Positions 1 through 12,426 are shown, counted from the whole stretch's first letter. The stretch: DNA of 63,855 bases, filler included, from Olpidium bornovanus S191 (GCA_017911155.1; 30 parts of 30 records of this genome joined end to end with filler, not necessarily neighbours in it), one strand, 5' to 3'. The notes: generated by a model from the sequence alone, not told the origin. Numbers and translations are program-made.

Positions 1-6
1 AGTCCA

Positions 7-58
<52 letters not shown>

Positions 59-81
59 GGTGGGGGGAGGGGGGGGGGGGG

Positions 82-360
82 TTGTTCGGGAAGCTGACCC
101 AGTCCGGGTTTTCCGCGCAGGACCGCCTCGCCGCCTTGCGCGCGGTAGAAGAAAAGGAAAACCTGCTGCGCCTGGCGCGGGAAGAAGCCGAAGCGGCGGC
201 GGCGGCGGCGGCGGAACGGTCGCGGCGAGATGCGGAGGCCAGGGGGATCAAGCAGCCGAAAAAACCTTCGGCCGCCGCCGCCGTCAAGAAGCCTGCCGTT
301 CCGCCGGTCGCCGGCCGGAGTATTTCTGCGAGAGGTTCGTGCAAATCCCCCTCCCCCGTA
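82..360 (+). CDS. Possible coding fragment, Ala/Lys-rich hypothetical protein
   Basis: Open frame FGKLTQSGFSAQDRLAALRAVEEKENLLRLAREEAEAAAA... with GC3-rich codons. No family recognised. Confidence 0.35.
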
Positions 361-423
361 ATCTATTTCGAGCCCCGGTTTTCGTGCTGCTGCTTTTCCG
401 GCGCACGCGACGTCGTGCGCGCC

Positions 424-459
<36 letters not shown>

Positions 460-1666
460 CTTCTTCTAACCGTCTCTCCGGATCGCACAATGTGCGGCGC
501 CGTGTGTGCGCGCGTGTGTGGCGGGGGATGGGGGGTGGCGGTCCGCAGCGGCTTCGTCGAAAACCGCGGCGGGAACGCGTGGCGAGTCCGGACGCAGCGG
601 CGTTCCGACGAGGCCGGGCAAGAAGCCGCCGCCAACGCGAGCAGCGCTTCGATGGTATGTGTGTGGCTTTTTTTTTTTTTTTCCCGAACCCCGCGATCAT
701 GCGAGTGCCGGTCAAACTGATCTGCTCACAGAACAAAATGGTCGGGCATTGCAGAGATGTGCACGATTTTCGGCTGGGGCCCCACGACTATAGCGGGGGT
801 CTACTGAGAAAACGTCGTTCTGCGCTGAGGTTCTCTCTCCGTCGGTCGCTCAGTGGCCTCCTGGGGATCGCGTTTGGAGGTGCGCTGCCGCGAGGTGACT
901 TCCGAAGCCCGTAGCGCAGCACGCTGCCGCCTCGATGGATTCTCGGAACGGGCCGGGGCACGGAGTGAAGGTCGTCAGGCAGCATAACCGTCCCCCCCCC
1001 TCGTCGTCCACAGGGCCGCGGCACCATTTGCGGCTGCCTTACTACCTGCTGCAGTTTGCCGGATCGCAGTAAAGATATCAGCCGGGTAAAAATTGGGGAA
1101 AAACAGGCCCGCGCGTTAAGACGGTTCCGGGCGGAGCCTTCAATACGTGCCTTCAACCGGCGATACCGCCCATCTGCTTGTTACCGCGGAGTTCTTGCCG
1201 TGTCCTCGAGGAAAACCCGAACCGTGGGCTTTTTGGACTCACCCCTCGACCCAGCCATGTGAATTTTCTGAGGAAGTAGAGACAGCGTCGGGACAGCCAA
1301 GCGCTTCGCTCCGACGAAGCTGGACGTCCGGTGGAAAGAAAGGAGAGATAGAGGGGGGCGGGGGGAGGGGGGGGGGGGGGGGAATAAAAATAAAGGAAAG
1401 TGGGAGCCGGCGGCGGGCGCCAGGTACGGAATTAAGTATTTATGCGAAAAAAGGTCTGCTTTGCAGCGTCTCTTAATGCAGACGCGGTTCTTTCTTGTGA
1501 CAAATACAATGAGCAACGAGAATAAGATTTCCTTAATTATTTTTTTGTTTTTTATTTTGTTTGTCCCTACAAACCAACCCCCCCCCCCCTCCAACTGGAC
1601 CGCGAAGGGTCGGGGGGAGTAGGGGATAACCGGCCTCTGGCCGAGAAGGCGGGGCCCGCCGGAACT

Positions 1667-1846
1667 TCACATACTACGGTAGATTTCCGTGCTGACGTTC
1701 ATGGACATGCCCACGACGTACAGGAAGATGAGGTAGTATCCGTAACTGGAAGTTTTCGCAGTCGGAAAACGTTTTCTACGTTAGCCCTAACCGCACGTTT
1801 CTCCGGGGAGTTCCGAGGACCACGGGTCGAGCCCGCTCGCGACCGG

Positions 1847-1884
<38 letters not shown>

Positions 1885-4732
1885 TTCGGGTCAGCCGGTA
1901 GCCCGTCAAAGGGACGATGACAAGGCTGCTCAAGAGGCTGAAAAGCAGAACGAAAGATGACATAAATATAGTGGGCGACATGTCGTGCAGCTGGTAGGCG
2001 GTGCCGGTGGTCGCCGTCAAGTAAGTTGAGCTCAAGCCGACGCCCAGCAGAATGTCTGCAGCAAAAGGGAACGACGTCGAGGGAATCAATCTTGAGATGA
2101 CGACCTGGCCATCCTCGGAACACCGCACGGCGGACGGGGAGTCACGATGACGGGGGGAGGGGGGGGGTCACTCACTCAGCAGCGGGCCGCCGAAGCATGC
2201 GCTGATAGCCATAACCGGGAATCCCATCCGTGCGATCGTCACGTTGGCCACGAAGTCACCGAGGCTGTTGCCCTGTGAGAGCGAAGATCGCGAACGGGTC
2301 AGCAGGCCGCCGGTAGGAAGAATTTGGGTGTGCCGTCCCGACCCTGGAGCCGTGCGACGCACCATGGCGAAAACGGTAAGCCCCACGATGGCCTCGCTGA
2401 GGCCCAAAATGAGTCCGAACGCCTGGGAACGAAAGGTTCGGCGACGTTTTATTTAGCGCTTGCTCCGAGACCGTAATTCACCGGCGTCCTGGGCCCCTTG
2501 ACTTACTTGCAGAAGGCCGACGACCTCGTTCGCCACGAAATAGATCCAGACGATGGCGACGGCGAAGCCGACGAAGCACAAATATCGGCACCATACCGGA
2601 GCTTTGGGCATCGAAGTCAACGAGTAGCACATGGTGCTGCTGATCAAGCCGGCAATAATCCCGATCCCCACCACGCTGGATGGGAGCGAAGGGTTGGCGG
2701 CTGGCTCACGAACGGCGATGTCAGCACTACTCTACCCGATCGAAGGCGCGGAGAGGCAAGAAACCGATCATTACCGCAATTGTGGAATATTCGTACCCAG
2801 CAGAGCGGAACTGACGAAGGGAGGCGCGACAGCAAACTGTGCTACTGTCAGCCCCCGGTTCCATTTGAGGGCGAACAATTTTTGGCGAACCTCGTCGTCG
2901 TCAACAACTGTGACTTCAGTGCCGTTGTAGCTGGCGGTGCGCTCGCTAGGGAGAAGATCTTGCTCCGGATCCGTGCCCTTTGCGGGCGGCGTTTTGTCCT
3001 CCGCGTCGTCATCCACGACAGGAACGGTGATGATCAGGAGGAACACGAGTGGTGTGGCTATCAGACCGGCGATCTTGCTCGATAGCGAGCGGTACCGCCA
3101 TTCCGTTAAATGGGGAAACAGAATATCCTTTAACGGGCGGGCAGCCGCGGCGGCCGCTGCGCTGGCAGACGGGAGGCCGGCAACCTCCTCTTCCACCGGA
3201 GCGGCGTGGACACCGGGAAGGTAGTCCGTGGCGACGACGTTGTCCTCGGGTATGCTAGGTGTGTGGAGCAGAACCAGTCGGAGAGGGGACGATGGCGGGG
3301 CCTCACGGGCGGGGCCGGCGGACTCCACCTGACTGTGCTCGTCCGGGGTGCGCGGGGCCCTCGAAGGCCGCATCCAAAAGCGCGACGTGTCGATGCTCAG
3401 GGGAGTCCGAGGTCCGCCGCCGGGCGTCGACACTGAGATGCTGGGACCCGCAGTCGGGGCGTGCTCCGGTGACCCGTCGAGTGCCGGCAATCGGGGAGGG
3501 GCGCTGTTTTCCGCTTCATCCGCGACGGGCCGTTCCGGTTCCCTTATCAGCGGAGAAACGCGGGGAAACGCGCTCTGCAGCGGGCTCCCTCCCCGAGAGA
3601 ATCCCTGGGATACCGCCGCGGAAGCCGTCTGATCCGCTGAATTGTCTCCGGTGTACGTCGAGCACCGGACGAAGACAGGCCGCTCCACGACGCGACCGCA
3701 CGCGGGGTCAAAACTAGCGTTGGAGCGCTCACGCCGGTGGCACCTAGGCGGCCGTGGGCGAGTGGGCGAAAAGCCCTCAACGGCCGAGAAGGTGTTCGGC
3801 CTCGGGTCCCCATGCTTCCAGGACTGTATAGCGTCCCGGAATTCAAAGGCACCGAGAAAGGACTTTCGCCGGTGGTGCTGTATCCTTTTGCGGAACATTA
3901 AGGAAGACTGAGCAACCACCAGGTTAGTGGCCCTGCTAATCAGCTGCTCGTCAAGGCCCAAGTCTTCCTCCAGAGCCCACGTGACATGCTTGTGGCTGGG
4001 TTTCAACGGCCTCATCAAGAGGGGCGGATTGCTTACTCCAACTTCGTCTGTTGTCAAAGGAATCCCGAAAAGCCTAGGGCGCTCGGTCGTCGGAGTCTTG
4101 CCAAGCAGGGGCTGCGTTTGGCTGTACTCGTCGAACAGCTCCTCGCCGTACTGGTTGTGTTCATCTTCGTGCGTAGTGAGAACTACCCAAGCCGCGCGTT
4201 AATCCACGTTACCTGATTTGCGGGCGCGTAAACAAAAAGAGGACCCGATACGTACCCGGCGACTCTGCTTCTGATTCAATCAGCGGCGAAAATCGCGTTG
4301 CATACCTCTGCCGCAGCCAGCCTCCGGCCACGACGATGGTCACGTACAGCAGATAATAAGCAATTAAGATGATGCCTTCGAATAAGGCTATTCGTTGGTC
4401 CCAGGCAGTGTACGCCAGGAATGCGACCGCCCCGACGAAGAAGAGCATATCCCGGAAAAAAGGGTACGCGGCCACTTGGAAGGGCGTGATGACGGCCATG
4501 CTGCCAACAACGACGTTCACAATGAATGAAGCGGCGCCGACAAGTTCTCCAAGAGCCAGCCCGCCGCTGCCGGCCGAGAGCGCACTGAATGTCTGGGCAA
4601 AAGGTACCATGAGTCACTCTCATCACCGCCTAGTTACGGGCAACAAGACGGTGCCAACAATGCGCAGGAGAAGCGGTGTACCGAGAAAAGATCCGGGGAC
4701 CCGTTCCCGAAGGCGAGAAAGGTGACTCCGGC
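1667..4732 (-). CDS. Cation/Ca2+ exchanger (CCX/NCLX/Ecm27-like, Na_Ca_ex family), multi-exon, 5'-partial
   Basis: Alpha-1 repeat AGVTFLAFGNGSPDLFS (exon 4682-4732) followed by TFSALSAGSGGLALGELVGAA. A long cytosolic loop (ORF 2771-4057). Alpha-2 repeat LGLTVFAM/GNSLGDFVANVTIARMGFPVMAISACFGGPLL. Final TM exon YYLIFLYVVGMSMNVSTEIYRSM ends at TGA 1669-1667. GT-AG introns separate the pieces. Confidence 0.92.
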
Positions 4733-5279
4733 CTGATTGTCGAGAAACAGAAAGCGTCAGCGGGCAGCTCGGGGAGGCGGGNNNNNNNNNNNNNNNNNNN
4801 NNNNNNNNNNNNNNNNNNNNNNNNNTTAATTAATTAANNNNNNNNNNNNNNNNNNNNNNNNNNNNNNNNNNNNNNNNNNNNAGGGAAGAGAAGCGATCGG
4901 AGCCTTGGTGTTTTGGTTTGCAGTGTCCGCCGAAGCATTCGTCGACGCGACCTTCGAAGGTCGGTGGGTTTGTCGGGTGGGCCGCAAACTTCCGTCCTTA
5001 CCCCCCCATCCTCCCCCCCCTCCCCCACGACAATCAATCTCGGCCTCCTGCAGCATGACCCCCATATCATCTCTGTTTTCGAGATTTTCATCGCTTTAGC
5101 CATCCCTTCCCTGCTGCCATCCCTTTCGAGAAGGGTTTGTTCTTTCAATAGCGGCTGTACTCGTTGCGGTCGTTGGCGAGAATCTTTCACAGATTGCAGC
5201 TACCAACTCCCGAAGGGCTGCTTAGTTGTTTAACTGCATCGCTTCCAAAAGCTTGGTGAGCTTTGAAACAGGACCCGAA

Positions 5280-5582
5280 CTAGCAGCGGTCTGTGCCGCT
5301 TTGCATTTTCTTTTCGCTGATTCCTTTGGACAGGTGCTCCAGCCTCATCTGTGACCCTCGCACGTGTCGTCTTGCAGTAGCCGTCACTACCGACCAATGG
5401 CACACGTATTTTTTGTCGTCATCGCATAGCACAATAGCCATCAGCTCTGCCCGTCTAGCTGGCAGCGCCTTAAAATACATCTTGGCTTTGTTGGGAAACA
5501 TTACTTGGTCCCCATTATCTATCTCTGCCATGTTTTTGTCGAACGGTCGCATAGCTTCCTCCCGGTTTGTCTCCTTTGGCAA
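5280..5582 (-). mobile_element. Possible degenerate Ty3/gypsy-type gag remnant
   Basis: Lower-GC region whose reading frames are broken upstream. The peptide ...AKMYFKALPARRAELMAIVLCDDDKKYVCHWSVVTATARR resembles, from memory, gag capsid regions of fungal and plant gypsy elements. Confidence 0.3.
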
Positions 5583-7167
5583 ACAAACTCATTTTTGGAC
5601 TTCTTTTTGGTCATGCGGCTGCCATCATGTAGCTTGAACTTTGCTCAAAACCACTCCTTCATCGTCGCTCAGTTCTCCCTACCGATTGGGCCTCAGCCAC
5701 CAGATTCTTGTAGACAGGGCCAACAGATACAGGAATACTATGCACGCCGTGAACCAGTTAACCGAAAGCTTCGCATGTAGCAATCAAAATTTCGCAGAGA
5801 ATCCATGACATTCCATCAACAAAAAAGACTGACCTCTTTCGTGAAATCCTTTGCCGCGGTTCGGATCTCCGCCAGCATTGATGGTGCTCTGCCTGACGTT
5901 ACGCCTCAATTAGAAGCATTTGATTTGTGCCATCGCCTGCTGAGACACCGTGTCCGCTGCTCCAATGGCAGCCGTGCGTGCCGCTTGATCCAGTCGCGCT
6001 TGGAACTCCTTATTGTCTTGTTGGATTTCTGAGTCAACCTGAGCCGGTCTCGCTCAGAATTGCTAGCTCGGATTGTGGACGGCGGCCATGCCCTGCTAAG
6101 ATTGTCCATCCTGTGACGTCGCCCCCCTGGCCAGACCGTGTCCTGCCCGGGAGCGCCACTTGCTCAGCCGGAAATTCGGTATCTGTTGCAGGCAGTCAGT
6201 CCGAACGCTACAGGGCTCTGAGACTTTCTTCTCGTGATTTAGGCTCTTCTTTTCTTTTCACTTCTTTGCTCCCTGCGCTTCTCCTACTGTTTCTCCCTCC
6301 TCCCCGCTTTATTTCTCGTTTTTCACTCTCTCGACTTTCTTCTCACAGGAACCCGCGGTGGATCGCAGCACCGCGTGTCGTATTCCCGAGTCGCTCGATT
6401 TCGTAATTCGGGGAGGAGCTGGGGACTTAAAATTCTTGGTGGGGGGGGGGCTTTTTTCTTTTGTCATTCTTCCCGCCCTCAAAACCCATGCATCTCAGCT
6501 GATTTTTCTTCTCCACCCTCTCACGCTAGCTCAGCCGAGAACGTCCCAGACGCCTGCATAACAGCCCTCGCACCGAATTAGATTCGTAAGGTTTTGCGAC
6601 GGATTTGGCGTGCGCCTGGCCTGAGGAAGCGCGTCAGGGAGTGCGCGCGTTACTCAGCAATTAACACAGAAGAACCCGCCTAAGGGCAAGTCCCGTAAAG
6701 ATAAATAAGACTAAAATAAATATTAGTCTTGCGACCATAGGGGACTAAGGGGTCTCACAGTACGCACGTTGAAGAGTGCTGAAAATAACGGGGACCGACC
6801 CCTGATCGCTCAGGGCGCGCCCAAGTACATCACGCGCGGGAATTACGTTTGCCGCGGGAGCTCCCGCTATGGCCCCTGACAACCGGCGGTACGTAAACAG
6901 TGGAGGTACGGAGCCCCATTGAAATTCTTTTCCTCAACTCTGCTTCCCACCTCACGGCGTTTCCGTGTCTGCATTTTCCGCCTTCATATTATTTCCCATT
7001 GGCGCTAAAGTAGTTTACGGCAGGGGCCAGGGGGAGGAAGGGGGGCGGAGGGAAGGCAAGTCCCTTTTTTTTTTTTTTTTTTTTTTTTTCATTTACCGTC
7101 CGAGAATTTCAGGCAGAAACGCCGCGTTCCTCGTCGCCTCCTTCCTTTCCCTACCCCCCCCCCCTAA

Positions 7168-8211
7168 ATGTTCGTGCCGCCCGCGTCCGACGACGCCGCT
7201 GCCCGCTCGGAGGCCTCCGCCGCCGAGCCGCCCGCCGGCGCCGCCGGCGCCGTGCTTGTCCACTCCGAGCCCATGCCCGAGGACGCCCAGACGGTCCGCG
7301 GCTACGACTTCAACCGCGGCGTGGATTTCGCCGCCCTCATCAACTCGTTCGGCCGCACGGGCTTCCAGGCGTCCAACCTTGCCAGGGCGGTGGAGGAGGT
7401 GGAGAAAATGGTAGGGCGCCGGTGGCGAAGAAGGGGGAAGGGCGAGCGGGCGGGAGGGGGAAGCTTCCGTGAGTTGACTCTCCCGCGGTGTTTCTGGGGA
7501 AACCTGTGAGCGCAACTGGCGCCTGTCGGACGAGCCCCTCCTCCCCGACGAGCCCGAGCACACTCGGGACCGCGCCGTGCGGGCACAGACGAGGTGCAAG
7601 ATCTTCCTGGGCTATACTTCCAACCTCGTCTCCTCTGGCCTGCGTGAGACGATACGCTTCCTGGTGCAGCACTCTTTCGTCGACTGCATCGTCACCAGCG
7701 CCGGCGGAATTGAGGAGGACATCATAAAGTGCCTTGGCCCCACCTACCTTGGCGACTTTGAGTTGCCAGGATCGCAGCTCAGGAGCAAGGGATTGAACCG
7801 CATAGGCAACTTGCTCGTCCCCAACGACAACTACTGCAGGTTCGAAGACTGGGTCATGCCCGTCTTGGATCGCATGCTCGCCGAGCAGAACGGCGCGGAG
7901 AAGACGCTGTGGACGCCGTCGAAGGTCATCCGGCGCCTGGGAAAGGAAATTGCTGACGAGGAGTCGATTTATTACTGGGCGTACAAGGTGCGACTCTTTT
8001 TTTGAGGGTGCGTGCGTGCGGGATAAAACCCACACTCGGTTTACCTCTTGGTTGGTAATCAAATAAAATTGCGGGACGGGGAGGACCGCCGACGGGCGGC
8101 GTTCTCCACCCGCATCCGGCCAACGTCTGCTTTATTGTTTTTTTTTGTTCGCTCCAGAACAACATCCCGGTCTACTGCCCGGCGTTGACCGACGGGTCGC
8201 TCGGCGACATG
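7168..8211 (+). CDS. DYS1: Deoxyhypusine synthase, 3'-partial (exons 7168-7410, 7511-7987, about 8158-8211)
   Basis: Motifs [80 protein letters not shown]|[18 protein letters not shown]. Confidence 0.98.
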
Positions 8212-8837
8212 NNNNNNNNNNNNNNNNNNNNNNNNNNNNNNNNNNNNNNNNNNNNTTAATTAATTAANNNNNNNNNNNNNNNNNNNNNNNNNNNNNNNNN
8301 NNNNNNNNNNNACACGGTATCATAACATCCCACAAGCATTTAGGGATTTTTGAAGAGCGTCACATATGATCTCGGCGGCGTATGATCTAGGCGGTAGGAG
8401 GGAATCTGGTTCAGTGGAGCGAGTCCTGCATGTTTGTCAGATACTTCAGAGGAACGCAAAGCGTGCAAGTGCCGGTGCCATGGATCTGGACCGGAGATTC
8501 GACGCCGCAAGCCAGACCGGTGCGCACACGAGACAAGAGCAACGGGAGGCCGGCCGGACGCTGGAAACAGGTGAGCACTGGGAATTGAGACCCGGAGCAT
8601 TTTTCAGTCGGACTGCGAGGGGTGAGGTCGACAAGAAGTGGCCAATCCGCGGTTGCGTGCCTTTTCGTTGTAATCCTTTACCGTCTCTGTCAATCTGCGG
8701 CGGTTTGGCTTCAGAAGAGAGAGTGACGGAGAGTTGGAGTTCCTTGTCCCGCGCGGTTGCTCTGGGTTGACCGCCACCTCGTCGCCGTTCGCCGCCGCGC
8801 AGCGTTCAACGCCGTACACGTTTTGAACACAACGCCC

Positions 8838-9002
8838 ATGCTCTCCGTGCTGCTCTATTACTTCCCGTTCCTCGGCTCGCTCGGGAGAGGTGCAAAGGGG
8901 AGGCCGAAGGTATGACCGGGTGGAAACCGAGCGCGCGGCTGGGGAGCTTCGTGTGTTTTGCCACGGGACCACCCTGGACCGACTTTTGAGCCGGGGTGCC
9001 TT

Positions 9003-9033
<31 letters not shown>

Positions 9034-10147
9034 CCGCCTGGGCCCCACCAGCCAAACGAGGAGCGGGTCGTCGTCGTCGGGGCTTCCAGTGGAATAGGAA
9101 GGGCGACCGGTGAGAGAAACGTCGGCTACCGCATCAATCGCGAGACTGCGCAGCCGGAGGCACCCCGCGGGTGCCGCGAACTGTTTTGACGCCGTGCGAG
9201 GTGTTTTAGCAATCAAGTACGCCGAACGGGGCGCCTACTTGATCCTCTGCGCGAGAAGGAGGGCGCAACTGGAAGAGGCGGCGTTGGCATGCCAGGAAGC
9301 GTCGCTCGCGAACGGATTCGCAGGACGGACGCCCTCCGTCGTTACAGTTGACGTCACGTCCATCCGCGACGTCCGCAAGCTTGCCCAACACGTCCGGGTG
9401 AACAGCGATTTTGCGGGCGCGATCGACACCCTGGTCCTCTCTTCGGGCGTCATCTCCGTGCTGCCCTACGCCGAACTAGCTGGCTTCGGCGACTCTGTAT
9501 GCCGATGGAATCGGCAGGAACAGAACGTCGAGGACGATGATGGGCCGCTGGAAAAGGCGGCTGCCGCAGATGCCGCTTTTGCAAAGGTCGTCGACGTGAA
9601 CCTGTTCGGCCCAGTGCGGTGCGCGAGAGAACTGTTCCCGGCCTTGGCGGCCGTCAAGGGAAACATTGTCGTCGTGTCGAGTCTGTCCGGGAAGATTGGC
9701 GTGCCGACGAGATCTCTGTATTCGAGTTCAAAAGTGAGGCTACGGTCGGACGTCTTTATGGACCAGTCAGCGGCAACCCCTAATCCCCACCTACACCACC
9801 TTCCACCCCCCGCCCAGCATGCCCTGCATGGCTTCTTCGACAGCTTTCGCATTGAGGTGGCCCGCCACGGCGTGCACGTCGCCATCGTCTGCCCCAGCAC
9901 CGTGGACACAGACCTGCGGGCAGCAGCCGTCGACGTCGCGTCCGCATCGGAAGCGAGTTCGAACCCTGTCCACGGGTCGCAGCGGCGCAAAGAGACTCCT
10001 GAAGGCTGCGCTAAGGTCATCGTCTGGTCTTCCGACACACGTCAGCGTGAAGTGTACATCCCGCTGTCGTACACATTGCTTCCCGTGTTCAGGCACTTCT
10101 TCCCGGCCTTGCTTGACCGAATCACCGCCGCTAGATACGGCTACTGA
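8838..10147 (+). CDS. Short-chain dehydrogenase/reductase (DHRS7-like), about 4 exons
   Basis: Rossmann motif VVVVGASSGIG. Catalytic Ser region VVVSSLSG and YSSSK (YxxxK), continuing after an intron with HALHGFFDSFRIE. Exons 8838-8909 (donor GTATGA), 9052-9109, 9210-about 9733, about 9819-10147 give a consistent frame. Confidence 0.9.
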
Positions 10148-10243
10148 AGGAGGGGGGTTTTTTTTTGAAATAAACGGCGTCCTGAGAAGTGATGTTTACG
10201 TGTCGTCTGGAGCTTGATTTATAACTCTTCGAACGCGAATACA

Positions 10244-10310
10244 ATGAGCACGGGTCGATGATACGATGAGCACGGGGTCGATGATACGATGAGCACGGGT
10301 CGATGACATG
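10244..10310. repeat. Three head-to-tail copies of a 22-23-nt unit ATGAGCACGGG(G)TCGATGATACG
   Basis: Read directly; there are no unique spacers between copies. Confidence 0.9.
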
Positions 10311-10599
10311 TACGCCCCGCCGAGCTGGCTGTGGCTTAACGCGGCCAACTGTGCCGACGTCGTCGTCGTCCCGCCGGATTTCGTCACCCGCTTACGACTT
10401 CCACTTTGGCCGTCGCTTCTCACAAATTTAATTGCAGCTGTATAACACATCTGGGGCACGGTCGCCACTGCCAATACCTCCGGCGCGTGCGTGGAAACCG
10501 GTCAAGTCAATGGTCACGGTTGAAGGTGCTCCTGTTAAAAGTTTTTTCTGCGCTTGAGCAACGCCTACAGAAAGCACCCTTCTTTTCGCCGCGTTGACG

Positions 10600-10614
10600 G
10601 TCACGTGACCGCCC
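10600..10614 (-). promoter_or_regulatory. Extended E-box GGGCGGTCACGTGAC (bHLH-ZIP/Cbf1-type site)
   Basis: Same 15-mer as at 33941 and 36845. It lies about 155 nt upstream of tRNA-His. Confidence 0.5.
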
Positions 10615-10768
10615 TCGCACGTGCGATAACGGCAAGCCACTCCAGGTTCGGCTACATTAGCAGACAGTAGCCGCGCAAGTTGCTAAGGTGAAGTGGACGG
10701 TCGTCCATTTTACTTCTGTTCAGGGCCTCGAATGTGCTTTTTTTTGACGTAAATGCCGTCTTCAAACG

Positions 10769-10840
10769 GGTGCTGTAGTACAACGGTTAGTATGCTTCGT
10801 TGTGGCCGAAGTGATACCGGTTCGATTCCGGTCAGCACCA
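10769..10840 (+). tRNA. tRNA-His(GTG), intronless
   Basis: Cloverleaf: acceptor GGTGCTG/CAGCACC plus discriminator A; D arm GTAC/GTAT; anticodon arm CTTCG-TTGTGGC-CGAAG; T arm ACCGG-TTCGATT-CCGGT. Confidence 0.97.
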
Positions 10841-11147
10841 CACCCATAACGTTTGCTGTTTCTCGTCTGATTCCTTTTGCTGGCCCGCGCATACCCATCC
10901 CATTGAGTGGCTCACGAAATTATTTGATTCAGCACCACCCATTGCACGCAGAATGCCTGAGGGTCAAGCTCGCTCGCCGGATTTGAAGCAGTGTTGTTTG
11001 TTTCATATCAAATCCCCAAAACCACAGCGCCGGCCTCCGTACACATGNNNNNNNNNNNNNNNNNNNNNNNNNNNNNNNNNNNNNNNNNNNNTTAATTAAT
11101 TAANNNNNNNNNNNNNNNNNNNNNNNNNNNNNNNNNNNNNNNNNNNN

Positions 11148-11273
11148 AGCAGATCAGCCGACGTGCAGGTGATTGAGGAAAAGTTGTCAAACATACGTCA
11201 CATCCTCAGCGAATATGATTCAAAAGACATCTACAATATGGACGAAACTGCACTGTTCTGGCGCATGCTCCCC
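11148..11273 (+). mobile_element. Pogo/Tigger (CENP-B-like) DDE transposase fragment
   Basis: ILSEYDSKDIYNMDETALFWRMLP matches the pogo-family first catalytic-Asp motif (D-I-[FY]-N-x-D-E-T-[GA]-L-F-W). The frame then runs into poly-C/poly-T low-complexity sequence. Confidence 0.85.
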
Positions 11274-12099
11274 CCCCTTTTTTTTTTTTTTTTTTCCTCT
11301 CGTTCCTTTTTCTTGCTTCGTAATCTCGCATCACGCGAGACCCCAATACCATACCCCAGTCGCGCTATCTCCGCCGCCCCATTCCCCCGCCCCCCCCTCC
11401 AAATTCACAACGCGCACTCATCACACACACACTCACACCACACACCACCCTTCCTCTCTACTCGCCCTTCTGCTTTTTTTCGGCGCCCCCGTTTTTCGAC
11501 GTGGCCTCTTCCGTTCGGTTACGGCCCCGCATTCCCCCCCCCCCGCCTCCCCCTTTCTCCTACCGCAACTCTTCTTTCCTTCAGTCCGATTCGCGGGCGC
11601 TTTTCCTCTCCCGGTTTCCTCTTAAATGCGTCTGGGAGGTTTTTTTTCCTTTTTTTTTTGTTATTGGCGTTTCCTTAGCTGCATACCCTCACTTTCCCAC
11701 CCCTCTTTTCCCCCCGCCCAAGCCGCTGGGCGTAATCCTCTGTAATATATACCCACCCCCCCCCCCCGCCACCCTCCCGCACCTCGTTACGCCTTCCCCC
11801 ACCAGGGTTCCGTTTCAGCCTACCGCTCCCCGTGCAAATAATTTTCCTGCAAACGTCTCCGTTTCGCAATTTTTTTCTTTTTGTTTTTGTTCGTCCGGTC
11901 GCCGGACGCGCAGACGGCGCGTCCGATTTTGCTCTGCGAGCACGCGCCGGGTGCCACCCCCGGGGTGGCGCGCGCGCTCCGTATCTTTACCGCGACAATG
12001 AGCCACCCGTATTTCCTGGCCAAAAAAAAAAACCGTCGGAAGGAAACACACTCCTCGTTTGCCTCCACATCCTTCCGGAAAACGCGCTTTCCTTGCCCG

Positions 12100-12426
12100 T
12101 TACAAGAGGGGGCAAGAGTACACCCGCTCGAGCTCTTCGAGCGACAGCGGGGGCCGGGCCGCCGCTTCAATTGCGCACCGCACGTACTCGGGTCGGCGCG
12201 CGCCAACCAACGCGCAGCCGACCTCCGGGTGGGACAGCGCCACGCGGATGGCCTTCGCCGGTAGCGACGGCGAGCTCCGCAGGGACGGCGCGACGAGGTC
12301 AAGGACCGACGCGAGGTCCGAGTTCCGCCGGGCCTCGTCCTCGGCCGAGATCGAGAGGAGGCTGTCGCAGAGGGCGATCATGGCCTTGTCGGCGTTTCGT
12401 GTGACGATCATTTGGCGAGCGAACAA
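12100..12426 (-). CDS. Aldo/keto reductase family protein, C-terminal fragment
   Basis: AIRVALSHPEVGCALVGARRPEYV resembles the AKR C-terminal A[LI]R[WF].L.HP.V...[IL].G.R...[HQ][VL] motif. Stop at 12102-12100. Confidence 0.6.
   Translation of the reverse strand: MFARQMIVTRNADKAMIALCDSLLSISAEDEARRNSDLASVLDLVAPSLRSSPSLPAKAIRVALSHPEVGCALVGARRPEYVRCAIEAAARPPLSLEELERVYSCPLL

Noticed and set aside
57-914. Many long overlapping ORFs in the supplied track (e.g. 57-914, 13768-14937, 41741-42508, 43059-44111, 50947-52347)
   Set aside because: They are antisense or alternative-frame shadows of GC-rich genes, or run through homopolymer tracts; low stop-codon frequency at high GC explains them.
4826-4837. 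TTAATTAATTAA repeated 29 times at regular context, superficially a dispersed repeat or CRISPR-like array
   Set aside because: Always centred in exactly 44+44 N; it is a six-frame-stop concatenation linker, not genomic DNA.
6868-6880. ATGGCCCCTG resembling the U6 snRNA core
   Set aside because: The ACAGAGA box and the downstream CAAGGATGA are absent; a chance 10-mer.
10244-10310. Three 22-23-nt repeats as a mini CRISPR array
   Set aside because: Copies are head-to-tail with no unique spacers, there are no cas genes, and the context is eukaryotic.
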